DNA from: Erysipelotrichaceae bacterium
Lineage (GTDB): Bacteria; Bacillota_I; Bacilli_A; Erysipelotrichales; Erysipelotrichaceae
Reading direction: 5' to 3'
Assembly (NCBI GenBank): GCA_963663995.1
Contig: OY760660.1
Span: forward strand, 1,380,001-1,412,000
DNA: 32,000 bases
Positions 18,038-26,656 of the stretch are shown one piece after another. The notes beneath the pieces were generated by a model, which worked only from the letters and a program-made list of their open reading frames with translations, searched no databases and was not told where the DNA came from. Position 1 is the first letter of the stretch; each line of letters starts with the position of its first letter. A program made the translations under genes and the position numbers.

Positions 18038-19360
18038 TTATTTACCTAAACAGAATCGTCTAAACAATTCATCTCCTAAATTAAAATCTTCAGCACCCAT
18101 CATCGCATATAAGGAATGATGTGCATCCTTTATATCAATTAAAGCTAAATCAACTTCCATTTCATTTTCAAGTGAGAACTCAGCTTGTTTCATTGAGTCA
18201 AAAGCAGCTTGTGCTAATCCAATACTACGTGCTTGCGAAAGAACAGGACGATCAAACACAAATTGATCTTTCTCAAATCGTTTTTCAATTTGTTGAACTA
18301 AAGCTTCAATATCATTATGTAGTGCTGAAATCTCTAAGCGATTAGATTGTGTATTCAGATCTTTCTTTGTGTAAACCAAAAGCACTTTCTCTTCTGGTAA
18401 AGACTCAAACAATTCAGTATCTGCAATCGACATCTCTTTTGAGCCATCGACTAAGAATAAAATTAAATCAGCTTTCTCAATATGATCAAATGTTTTTTGT
18501 ATCCCAATTTTTTCAACGGTATCATCACTTTGTCTAATCCCAGCCGTATCTAAAAGTTGTAGCGTAACATTCTCTAAATGTAATGTTCCTTCAACCACAT
18601 CTCGTGTTGTTCCAGGTATGTCAGTGACGATAGCTTTATCTTCTTCAAGTAATGCATTTAATAAGGACGACTTCCCTACATTAGGTTGTCCAATGATAAC
18701 TGTCTTGACGCCTTCTTTCATTCTTTGACCACTACGTGATTCAATTAATAGTTTATCTAACTGTTTTAATAAGTCTTTAACTTTAAGTAATAATTCAGGG
18801 CGTGATATTTGTGGGATATCATATTCTGGATAATCAATATTAACTTCTATTTGGGCAATCAATTGAATGAGATCTTCAACTAATGGTTCTACTAAAGTTT
18901 TCACACTCCCTTTTAAACTTGCGAGTGCGAGTTGGGCTGATTGTTTAGAATCTGCTAATACTAAATCATTAACCGCTTGCGCTTGTGAGATATCAATCCG
19001 ACCATTCATCACCGCTCGTTGGGTAAACTCACCTGAAAGGGCTAATCGTGCTCCCATCGAGAGAACAATTGATAGTAAACGCTCTGTCACAAAAACACCC
19101 CCATGACATTGGATTTCGACAACATCTTCGCGCGTATAGGTTTTAGGGGCATTCATAATCAAAAACAGTCCTTCATCAAGAACTTCATGTGTATTTGGAT
19201 CATAAATATTTGAATAAATGATGCGATGATCGGCATCACTTAAATCTTTATGACTGAGTGTTTCAGCAATTTTAATTGCCATATCACCAGAAAGTCTTAG
19301 GATACTGACTGCTTGTGCTCGCAAAGCAGTAGATAGTCCAACAATCGTATCCTCTAACAT
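18038..19360 (-). CDS. mnmE: tRNA modification GTPase MnmE (TrmE/ThdF)
   Basis: I trimmed the start to MLEDTIVGLST, because the track start would overlap parB by 29 nt. GQPNVGKSSLLN G1 motif, DTAGIR, and the C-terminal FCLGK tetrapeptide. Confidence 0.95.
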   Translation of the reverse strand: MLEDTIVGLSTALRAQAVSILRLSGDMAIKIAETLSHKDLSDADHRIIYSNIYDPNTHEVLDEGLFLIMNAPKTYTREDVVEIQCHGGVFVTERLLSIVLSMGARLALSGEFTQRAVMNGRIDISQAQAVNDLVLADSKQSAQLALASLKGSVKTLVEPLVEDLIQLIAQIEVNIDYPEYDIPQISRPELLLKVKDLLKQLDKLLIESRSGQRMKEGVKTVIIGQPNVGKSSLLNALLEEDKAIVTDIPGTTRDVVEGTLHLENVTLQLLDTAGIRQSDDTVEKIGIQKTFDHIEKADLILFLVDGSKEMSIADTELFESLPEEKVLLVYTKKDLNTQSNRLEISALHNDIEALVQQIEKRFEKDQFVFDRPVLSQARSIGLAQAAFDSMKQAEFSLENEMEVDLALIDIKDAHHSLYAMMGAEDFNLGDELFRRFCLGK

Positions 19361-19361
19361 C

Positions 19362-20207
19362 TTAGTTTTCCAAAGCATCCATAATTTCAAGGATGCGATT
19401 TAAATCTTCTTCATCTTCAAAATGAATATTGATCGAATGATCAGAAAGATGAATCTTTGTTTGATATTTTGTACGTAAAAGTGATTCAACATAACGATAA
19501 TCAGTCGTTTCAACTTTTGTTGTTTTTTCTTTTTTAGGCTTCATCAGTTTTTCAACTTCTCGAGCACTTAGTTTTTTAGAAACAATCTCTTTAGCGAGTG
19601 CTTCAATTTGAGCCTTATCCTCAATATTGACTAAAGGTCTTACTTGACCCATCGTTAAACTTTGATTAAGTAAAAGTGTTTGAACAGATTCCGGTAAGTT
19701 CAATAATCTTAATAAATTTGTGATATGTGGTCTTGATTTACCAACTTTTTGAGCGAGTTGTTCTTGGGTTAAATCTAATTTCTCAATTAAGACTTGATAA
19801 GCTTTAGCTTCTTCAACGACTGACAAATCTTCACGTTGAATATTCTCAATCAATGATATTTCCATCATTTGTTGATCATCAAACTCTAAAGTTATGGCTG
19901 GTATCGTATCTAAATCAGCTTTTTTAGCAGCACGGTAACGTCTTTCACCGGCAATCAGCTGATAACCCGATACAGCTTTACGCACTAAGACAGGCGTAAA
20001 AACACCATGTTCTTTAATGCTTTGTGCAAGTTCGTCTATTTTTTCTTCATCAAAAACGACACGTGGTTGATATGGATTTGGATGAATCTCACTTAGTTTA
20101 ATTTCACTGGCTAATGAACGATCTTGTTGAAGGTCTTCTAAAACATCATTGACGTTTTCTCCAAACAAAGCCTCTAAGCCTCTTCCTAAACGTTTATTGT
20201 CACTCAT
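19362..20207 (-). CDS. parB: Chromosome partitioning protein ParB/Spo0J
   Basis: [11 protein letters not shown]-terminus, GERRYRAAK ParB box, [27 protein letters not shown]. 4-nt ATGA overlap with parA. Confidence 0.9.
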   Translation of the reverse strand: MSDNKRLGRGLEALFGENVNDVLEDLQQDRSLASEIKLSEIHPNPYQPRVVFDEEKIDELAQSIKEHGVFTPVLVRKAVSGYQLIAGERRYRAAKKADLDTIPAITLEFDDQQMMEISLIENIQREDLSVVEEAKAYQVLIEKLDLTQEQLAQKVGKSRPHITNLLRLLNLPESVQTLLLNQSLTMGQVRPLVNIEDKAQIEALAKEIVSKKLSAREVEKLMKPKKEKTTKVETTDYRYVESLLRTKYQTKIHLSDHSINIHFEDEEDLNRILEIMDALEN

Positions 20208-20983
20208 GAAGATCCTTTCTCATTCGCTTTAATCACTTCTTTCGCTAAAGCTGCATATGCTTTTGCGCCTTCAGAGCGAACGTCATATTCAAATATACTT
20301 AAGCCACGAGATGGGGCTTCGGATAATTTAATATTACGAGGGATATATGATTTATAAACACGTTCTTTAAAATACTTACGAACTTCTTGTTGAACTTCAA
20401 CAGAAAGTTTTGTACGTGCATCAAACATCGTTAGTAAAATACCTTCAATTCTTAATTCTTTATTAAAGAGTTTTTGAACTAAACGAATAGTACTTAATAA
20501 TTGGGTTAAACCTTCTAAGGCATAATATTCACATTGAACAGGAATAATCACAGAATCAGCGGCTGTTAATGCATTTGTGTTTAATAAACCAAGTGATGGT
20601 GGACAATCTATCAATATAAAATCATATTGATCTTTAACTTCGTCAATTTTATTTTTAAGGAGATTTTCACGACCAACTTTATATTCAACCATTTCTAAGT
20701 CTGCTCCCGCTAAATCAATGGTTGCGGGAATGAGTGAAACAGGTGGGCGCTTTATTTGAATGGTTGTTTCATTAGCATGTTTACCATTCATCACTAAATC
20801 GTAGACAGTAGTCTTAATCGCTTCGCGAGAAGCTCCAACGCCTTGGGTACTATTACCTTGAGGATCGAAATCAACTAAAAGTACCTTCTTATTTAAGTAG
20901 GCTAAGCCAGCGGCTAAGTTGATACTAGTGGTTGTTTTCCCGACACCACCTTTTTGATTGGTTATTGCGATTACTTTTCCCAT
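20204..20983 (-). CDS. parA: Chromosome partitioning ATPase ParA/Soj
   Basis: Deviant Walker [11 protein letters not shown]. 259 aa. Located between the two ParB-family genes. Confidence 0.95.
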   Translation of the reverse strand: MGKVIAITNQKGGVGKTTTSINLAAGLAYLNKKVLLVDFDPQGNSTQGVGASREAIKTTVYDLVMNGKHANETTIQIKRPPVSLIPATIDLAGADLEMVEYKVGRENLLKNKIDEVKDQYDFILIDCPPSLGLLNTNALTAADSVIIPVQCEYYALEGLTQLLSTIRLVQKLFNKELRIEGILLTMFDARTKLSVEVQQEVRKYFKERVYKSYIPRNIKLSEAPSRGLSIFEYDVRSEGAKAYAALAKEVIKANEKGSS

Positions 20984-20984
20984 A

Positions 20985-21749
20985 CTATTTTATAAACCGA
21001 ACTCTAATTTCATATGCTTCATCATTTTGTTCTTGAACAACATCTATTTTAACACCAGTTTTTTCTATCATTTTAACAGATGCTAATAATGTGTTAATCG
21101 CAACTTGGATAGAGCGCGTAATCCCTCTAATCGCGTGTTTGCGTTTTTTCTCAACTGGTTTAGAAACTTGTTCAACAAGTGCTTCTGTTTGACGCACGTT
21201 TAAATGTTGATGTTGAATCTTATGAAAGACATCTTTTTGAGTTTCTTCACTTAAACCCAAAAGTGCTCTGGCGTGTCTTTCAGACAATACTTTCTCAGTG
21301 ACTGCGACTTGAATTTCATCAGGCAAATTAAGTAAACGAATTTTATTCGCAATCGATGATTGTGATTTACCGACTCTTCTCGCAATAGCTTCTTGAGTTA
21401 AGGCATGTGATTTAATCATCGCATGAAAAGCTTTAGCCTCTTCAATCGCTGATAAGTCTTCACGTTGAATATTTTCAACTAAAGCCATTTCAGCTAATTG
21501 CGCATCATCAACCTCTAAAATAAAAGCTGGTATTGAATGATATTGTAGTTTTGTGACAGCACGATAACGTCTTTCTCCAGCAATGATCTCAAAACGTGCC
21601 CCATTCCTTCTAACAGAAATTGGTTGAATTAAACCATTCCCTTTAATTGACTCTGCTAATTCATCAATTGCTTCTTCATTAAAACTTAAACGAGGTTGGA
21701 ATCGATTTGAGTCAATCAGACTTAATAATATATCTTGTGTTTCTTGCAT
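20985..21749 (-). CDS. noc: Noc-like ParB-family paralog (nucleoid occlusion protein-like)
   Basis: I moved the start to the ATG at 21749, 5 nt after an AGGAG SD that overlaps the rsmG stop. GERRYRAV box, [16 protein letters not shown], and a C-terminal tail resembling B. subtilis Noc. Positioned as rsmG-noc-soj-spo0J. Confidence 0.75.
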   Translation of the reverse strand: MQETQDILLSLIDSNRFQPRLSFNEEAIDELAESIKGNGLIQPISVRRNGARFEIIAGERRYRAVTKLQYHSIPAFILEVDDAQLAEMALVENIQREDLSAIEEAKAFHAMIKSHALTQEAIARRVGKSQSSIANKIRLLNLPDEIQVAVTEKVLSERHARALLGLSEETQKDVFHKIQHQHLNVRQTEALVEQVSKPVEKKRKHAIRGITRSIQVAINTLLASVKMIEKTGVKIDVVQEQNDEAYEIRVRFIK

Positions 21750-21757
21750 GTGCACTC

Positions 21758-22465
21758 CTACAATGATTTCTTTTTAATAAATTTATATTCTCTAGGATAA
21801 ATCTTCGGACAAGCTTTGTCCTTATTAAATATATAGTGAATTCTTTTACCTGCAGTAGGTAGTTCACTTTCAATTGTTTGTGGTTGATTTAGGTTTAGTG
21901 TTTTTATCGCATTTAAACTTAGGTCTAATTCATCTTGTGCATTAGATCCTTTCATCGCAATAAATTCTCCACCTACCTTAACTAAAGGTGTGCAGAGTTC
22001 TAAAAGAACAGGAAGAGATGCGACAGCTCTTGCGGTTACAAGATCAAATGTTTCTTTTAAATCACTACAATCTTCTGCTCGCTTATTTAAAACCGTCACA
22101 TTTTTAAGATTAAGGGCTTCAACCACATTCATCATAAACGAACAACGCTTCAGTGTGGGCTCAATACAAACTACCTGTACATCATTTCGGACAATCGCCA
22201 ATGGTAAACCAGGGAAACCTGCACCAGAACCAATATCAGCCACTTTAACATTTTCCTTAATCATCGGCTCTAATAACAAGGAATCTAAGAAGTGTTTTTC
22301 ACGCACTTCATCCTCATCATTAATCGCAGTTAGATTCATGACTTGGTTTGTTTCATATAAAAGCTTTCGATAGACTTCAAAAGCTTGATCGATTTCTACA
22401 AATCGATCAGGATATCTTTTCTCTAAATGAGATTTAAAAACGCTACGAGAGATGCCACTTTCCAT
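21758..22465 (-). CDS. rsmG: 16S rRNA (guanine527-N7)-methyltransferase RsmG (GidB)
   Basis: NLTAI ... HFLDSL ... DIGSGAGFPGLPLAI SAM motif. Follows mnmG. Confidence 0.9.
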   Translation of the reverse strand: MESGISRSVFKSHLEKRYPDRFVEIDQAFEVYRKLLYETNQVMNLTAINDEDEVREKHFLDSLLLEPMIKENVKVADIGSGAGFPGLPLAIVRNDVQVVCIEPTLKRCSFMMNVVEALNLKNVTVLNKRAEDCSDLKETFDLVTARAVASLPVLLELCTPLVKVGGEFIAMKGSNAQDELDLSLNAIKTLNLNQPQTIESELPTAGKRIHYIFNKDKACPKIYPREYKFIKKKSL

Positions 22466-22471
22466 AGCGTC

Positions 22472-22477
22472 ATTATA
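22472..22477 (-). promoter_or_regulatory. Perfect TATAAT 6 nt upstream of the SD-less rsmG ATG
   Basis: The minus strand reads ttcaatagTATAATgacgctATG. There is no purine-rich SD within 25 nt. Confidence 0.35.
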
Positions 22478-22512
22478 CTATTGAACGAGAAACTTTCATG
22501 AACAAGTTCATC

Positions 22513-24360
22513 TCATTTTCGATTCAAATATGTTTTCAAGACAACTAAGTCGGCAGGATTAACACCAGATATCCGTGATGCTTGTCCAAAAGTAATTGGT
22601 CGTATCTTAGAAAGTTTTTGTCGACCTTCAATTGATAAGTTATCCACTAAGGCGTAATCAATATCGACTGGTAACTTTAAATGTTCAGTTGCTTCTAATC
22701 GTTTAACTTCTTTTTTAGCTTTTACGATATAGCCTTCATACTTCACTTCTATCTCAACGGCCTCAATTACTTCATCATTAAAATCTTTGATTTCAGTATA
22801 TGAAAGAATATCTTTTAATTTTATATTAGGACGTTTAATAAGATCGTAAGCACTAATGCCTTCGTAAAGGTTTGGATAACCTTTTTCAATGAGAAGTTTC
22901 ATAATCGTATCTTTTGGTTTGAAACGAATCTCTCTTAATTGATGACTTAAGCTTGCGATATCCTCTTTCAACTTAAGATATCGTGCATAACGCTCTTCAT
23001 TTAATAAACCAATTGAATGTCCGAGTTCTGACAAGCGCATTTCAGCATTGTCGTGTCTTAGAAGTAATCGATGTTCCGCACGAGATGTGAGTAATCGATA
23101 AGGTTCTTCTGTTCCCTTTGTGACTAAATCATCAATCATGACACCAATATAAGCTTGATCGCGTCCAAGAATGACAGGTTCTAATTGTCTTAGTTTTTGA
23201 ACCGCATTTATACCAGCCATTAAACCTTGAGCTGCAGCTTCTTCATAGCCAGATGTTCCATTGATTTGACCCGCACAAAATAGATTTTCAATCGTTTTAA
23301 CTTCTAAACTTGGATAAAGTTGGGTTGGATCTATCGCATCATATTCAATCGCATAAGCATATTTTTTAATGACACAGTTTTCTAAACCCGGTAGTGATCT
23401 CAACATTTTTTCTTGAATATCATGGGGCATAGACGTACTAAAACCTTGAACATACGTCGTATCTAAAGATAAACTTTCAGGTTCTAAAAAGATTTGATGG
23501 CGATCTTTATCAGCAAACTTAACAAGTTTATCTTCAATTGATGGGCAATACCGTGGTCCTACCCCTTCAACTAAACCAGAATACATTGCTGATTTTTTTA
23601 TGTTTAGGTTAATGATTGAATGCGTTTCAGCTTGTGTATAGATCAAATAACAAGGTACTTGTTGTTTTGGATATTCATCTTTTGTAAAGTCAGCCGAAAA
23701 GTGAATAAAGTCTGTGTCACCTTCTTGAATTAAACCTTGGCTAAAATCGATCGATTCTGTCAAAATTCTTGCCGGTGTTCCCGTTTTTAATCTAAAGGTT
23801 TTTAGTCCTAAATCTCTTAAAGATTGTGATAAGTCATTGGTTGTGGGCATTTCTTCTGGACCAGAAGAAGTTGCGGTACTTCCAACTAATATTTTAGAAC
23901 TCATATATGTTCCAGCGGTAATGACTAAAGCATCACATTCAAGAATACGACCATCTTTAGTTTCAACGGCTTTGACTTTATTGTTTTGAGCAATAACTCT
24001 GGTTGCGATGCCTTCAACAACGCTTAGATTTTCAGTATGATGGACGACTTCTTCCATGTACTTTGAATAAGCAACTTTATCTGATTGAACACGTAAACAT
24101 TGAACACCTGGTCCCTTATTACTGTTGAGTTTTTTAAATTGTATAGCAGTCTTATCTCCACTGATTCCCATTTGTCCACCTAAGGCATCAATTTCTCTTA
24201 CGACTATCCCTTTTGCAGGACCGCCTAAGGATGGGTTACATGGCATACTTGAGATATGATGGGCAGACATCGTTAAAAGGATGGTTTCTACACCCATTCG
24301 ACTACTTGATAGTGCAGCTTCTACACCTGCATGTCCAGCACCAATGACGATAATTTTCAT
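22513..24360 (-). CDS. mnmG: tRNA uridine 5-carboxymethylaminomethyl modification enzyme MnmG (GidA)
   Basis: IVIGAGHAGVEAA FAD motif and a 615-aa GidA-type sequence throughout. Confidence 0.95.
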   Translation of the reverse strand: MKIIVIGAGHAGVEAALSSSRMGVETILLTMSAHHISSMPCNPSLGGPAKGIVVREIDALGGQMGISGDKTAIQFKKLNSNKGPGVQCLRVQSDKVAYSKYMEEVVHHTENLSVVEGIATRVIAQNNKVKAVETKDGRILECDALVITAGTYMSSKILVGSTATSSGPEEMPTTNDLSQSLRDLGLKTFRLKTGTPARILTESIDFSQGLIQEGDTDFIHFSADFTKDEYPKQQVPCYLIYTQAETHSIINLNIKKSAMYSGLVEGVGPRYCPSIEDKLVKFADKDRHQIFLEPESLSLDTTYVQGFSTSMPHDIQEKMLRSLPGLENCVIKKYAYAIEYDAIDPTQLYPSLEVKTIENLFCAGQINGTSGYEEAAAQGLMAGINAVQKLRQLEPVILGRDQAYIGVMIDDLVTKGTEEPYRLLTSRAEHRLLLRHDNAEMRLSELGHSIGLLNEERYARYLKLKEDIASLSHQLREIRFKPKDTIMKLLIEKGYPNLYEGISAYDLIKRPNIKLKDILSYTEIKDFNDEVIEAVEIEVKYEGYIVKAKKEVKRLEATEHLKLPVDIDYALVDNLSIEGRQKLSKIRPITFGQASRISGVNPADLVVLKTYLNRK

Positions 24361-24371
24361 TTGCGTACCCT

Positions 24372-24380
24372 ATTATAGCA
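24372..24380 (-). promoter_or_regulatory. Extended -10 box TGcTATAAT, 11 nt upstream of the mnmG ATG
   Basis: The minus strand reads gttTGCTATAATagggtacgcaaATG. Confidence 0.45.
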
Positions 24381-24416
24381 AACTCTACGTATAATCGTTT
24401 GAATAAGAATTAAACA

Positions 24417-24425
24417 TGTTAAAAT
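24417..24425 (+). promoter_or_regulatory. Extended -10 box TGtTAAAAT for the VIT1-family gene
   Basis: acaTGTTAAAATattatacGAGGTGaaATG. Here an SD is retained in a short leader. Confidence 0.45.
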
Positions 24426-24440
24426 ATTATACGAGGTGAA

Positions 24441-25316
24441 ATGATGTTAGATGCTAAAACAATGAACACTATACGTAAAATGCAAAAAGGTGAAATCACA
24501 GAATTTTATGTATATCACAATATTGCGAAACGTGTTAAAGATGATAAAAATAGAGAAATATTAGAAAAAATAGGAAAAGAAGAAAGAGCTCATGCTTTGA
24601 TTTGGTCGAAATATACCAAAGAAGAGTCTAAGCCTAATAGATTTAAAGTATTTTATTTTACCCTTCTAAATTTGATCTTTGGTTTTACTTTTACTTTAAA
24701 GTTAATGGAACGAACTGAAGAAGATGCTAGTGAAGTTTATGAAGCAATTGCGGATGATGTAGCTGAGGCTAAAAGAATTGCGGCTGAAGAAGATGCTCAT
24801 GAAGCAGCTTTAATTAAAATGTTAGATGAAGAACGCCTTCAATATGTGGGTTCAATGGTATTGGGTTTAAATGATGCTTTAGTCGAATTGACAGGTACAC
24901 TTGCAGGATTAAGCTTAGCTTTACAAAACACTAAACTGATTGCTTTATCTGGTTTAGTGACTGGTATATCGGCTACCCTATCAATGGCAAGTTCTGAGTA
25001 TTTATCATCTAAGAGTGATGGTGAAGAACATCCTTTAAAGTCAGCCACATATACAGGTATCATGTATATGGTTGCGGTTACCTTAATGGTTCTACCCTAT
25101 TTACTCTTTGACAGCGCACATTATCTCTATGCTTTAGGAACAATGTTGACAATCGTTGTATTGATTATTCTTATCTTTACTTACTATGTATCCGTCGCCC
25201 AAGATTTACCATTTAGATCAAGATTCTTGGAGATGGTAACCATTTCATTATCAGTCGCTGCCTTCTCATTTATTGTTGGCTTGATTGTAAAGAATGTATT
25301 AGGTGTTGATATTTAA
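24441..25316 (+). CDS. Ferritin-like (erythrin) domain fused to a VIT1/CCC1-family iron/manganese transporter
   Basis: N-terminal EITEFYVYHNIA ... EERAH ... EEDAHE di-iron-type E..H pairs, then a C-terminal multi-TM region with the GLNDALVELTG VIT1 motif. Confidence 0.8.
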   Translation: MMLDAKTMNTIRKMQKGEITEFYVYHNIAKRVKDDKNREILEKIGKEERAHALIWSKYTKEESKPNRFKVFYFTLLNLIFGFTFTLKLMERTEEDASEVYEAIADDVAEAKRIAAEEDAHEAALIKMLDEERLQYVGSMVLGLNDALVELTGTLAGLSLALQNTKLIALSGLVTGISATLSMASSEYLSSKSDGEEHPLKSATYTGIMYMVAVTLMVLPYLLFDSAHYLYALGTMLTIVVLIILIFTYYVSVAQDLPFRSRFLEMVTISLSVAAFSFIVGLIVKNVLGVDI

Positions 25317-25337
25317 GCCCATTTAGGGCTTTTTTTA
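25315..25337 (+). terminator. Rho-independent terminator after the VIT1-family gene
   Basis: AAGCCC-attta-GGGCTT stem followed by T7. Confidence 0.75.
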
Positions 25338-25384
25338 TTGACGATATATTTTAACTGTACTACTATTATAGTACAGTAGTACAG
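25338..25384 (+). promoter_or_regulatory. Promoter (TTGACG-N17-TACTAT) overlapped by a 10-bp perfect inverted repeat CTGTACTACT-N10-AGTAGTACAG; probable GntR autoregulatory operator
   Basis: TTGACG at 25338-25343, TACTAT at 25361-25366, IR arms at 25355-25364 and 25375-25384. GTAC-rich palindromes are typical of YtrA-subfamily operators. Confidence 0.5.
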
Positions 25385-25396
25385 AAAGGATTGGCT

Positions 25397-25765
25397 ATGA
25401 TTACACTATCGAGTTTTAGTCGTACCCCGATTTATCAACAAATTATCGATCAAGTACTCGCACAAATTGCTAGTGGTGTTTTAGCACCTCATACACAAAT
25501 GCCTGCCGTTCGTTCTTTAGCAAAAGACTTAGGGATTAATCCTAATACAGTTGTTAAGGCCTATAACGAATTAGAACATGCTGGCTATTTATATGCTAAA
25601 GCAGGTGTTGGTTCATTTGTTTGTGAAAAAGCCAAAATTGACGAATCCATATCAAGTATCCGTTTAGATGAATGTCGTAAAGAAATCCATCTATTAAGAA
25701 ATCTAGGTATTTCTAAAGAAACTTTAAGTAATTTATTGGATGAAGTCTATAAAGAGGAGAAATAG
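25397..25765 (+). CDS. GntR family transcriptional regulator, YtrA subfamily (short C-terminal domain)
   Basis: I prefer the ATG at 25397, 6 nt after a GAAAGGA SD. PIYQQI ... LPAVRSLAKDLGINPNTVVKAYNELE wHTH. Only 122 aa. Confidence 0.85.
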   Translation: MITLSSFSRTPIYQQIIDQVLAQIASGVLAPHTQMPAVRSLAKDLGINPNTVVKAYNELEHAGYLYAKAGVGSFVCEKAKIDESISSIRLDECRKEIHLLRNLGISKETLSNLLDEVYKEEK

Positions 25766-26656
25766 ATGATTAATTGCGAAAATATCTCCAAGCACTTTGA
25801 TCAAAAACACGTATTAGAAAATATTGATTGGCAGATTCCAAAAGGATCTGTGTTTGGACTAGTTGGCCCAAATGGTGCCGGGAAAAGCACCTTACTTAGA
25901 ATAATTGCTGGTGTTTTACAAGCAGATGAAGGAAATGTGAGTGTTAAAGGACAAAGCGTTTTTAATAATCCACTTATTAAACGACACATCTTTTTTGTCT
26001 CAGATGATCCTTGTTTCTTAGGTCAATCAAATTTAAAAGAAATGAAGGAATTTTATCAAATCTTCTATCCAAGTTTTGATGAAGGGATGTATCAAAGACT
26101 CGTTACTATCTTCAAAATTGATGAGAAAGCCTCAATTCAAAATTTCTCAAAAGGCATGAAACGACAAGTTTCGATTATATTAGCCTTATCTGTTATGCCT
26201 GAAGTTTTATTATTAGATGAAGCTTTTGATGGATTAGATCCTGTTATGCGTCTAACTTTAAAACGGATAATTACTGATGAGTTACTTAATAGAGAAATCA
26301 CGGTTGTCATTTCTTCACATAACTTGCGTGAGTTAGAAGATATCTGTGATCGTATTGCTTTATTGAATGATACTAAAATGACTTTACAAGATGAAGTTGA
26401 AAATATACGTGAGCATTACCACAAAATTCAAGTTGCTTATAAAGAAGCCTCTTATGATGATTTATTTAAATCTTTTAACGCCTTACACCTTGAAAAAAGA
26501 GGTCACGTTTATATGATGGTCACTAAAGGTGATCTAACAGACATTAAATCTCAGATTGAAAAAACTCAACCTGTTTTATTTGAAGAAATTCCAGTAAGCA
26601 TGGAAGAAGTCTTTGTTTATGAAATGGAGGGTAGTGATTATGGCAAACTTATTTAG
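25766..26656 (+). CDS. ABC transporter ATP-binding protein (ABC-2/YtrB-like)
   Basis: Walker A GPNGAGKST, signature-like FSKGMKRQ, Walker B LLLDEAFDGLD, H-loop SSHN. Confidence 0.9.
   Translation: MINCENISKHFDQKHVLENIDWQIPKGSVFGLVGPNGAGKSTLLRIIAGVLQADEGNVSVKGQSVFNNPLIKRHIFFVSDDPCFLGQSNLKEMKEFYQIFYPSFDEGMYQRLVTIFKIDEKASIQNFSKGMKRQVSIILALSVMPEVLLLDEAFDGLDPVMRLTLKRIITDELLNREITVVISSHNLRELEDICDRIALLNDTKMTLQDEVENIREHYHKIQVAYKEASYDDLFKSFNALHLEKRGHVYMMVTKGDLTDIKSQIEKTQPVLFEEIPVSMEEVFVYEMEGSDYGKLI

Noticed and set aside
19828-19847. An identical 17-nt stretch, TCTTCACGTTGAATATT, occurs in both parB (19828-19844) and the noc-like gene (21457-21473). It has a CACGT core and looked at first like a parS half-site.
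   Set aside because: It encodes the conserved ENIQRED(L) segment of both ParB-family paralogs and is not palindromic. Scanning by eye, I found no match close to TGTTNCACGTGAAACA anywhere in the window. The best candidates (7744-7759 and 22365-22380) score about 10-11 of 16. A proper PWM scan is still needed.
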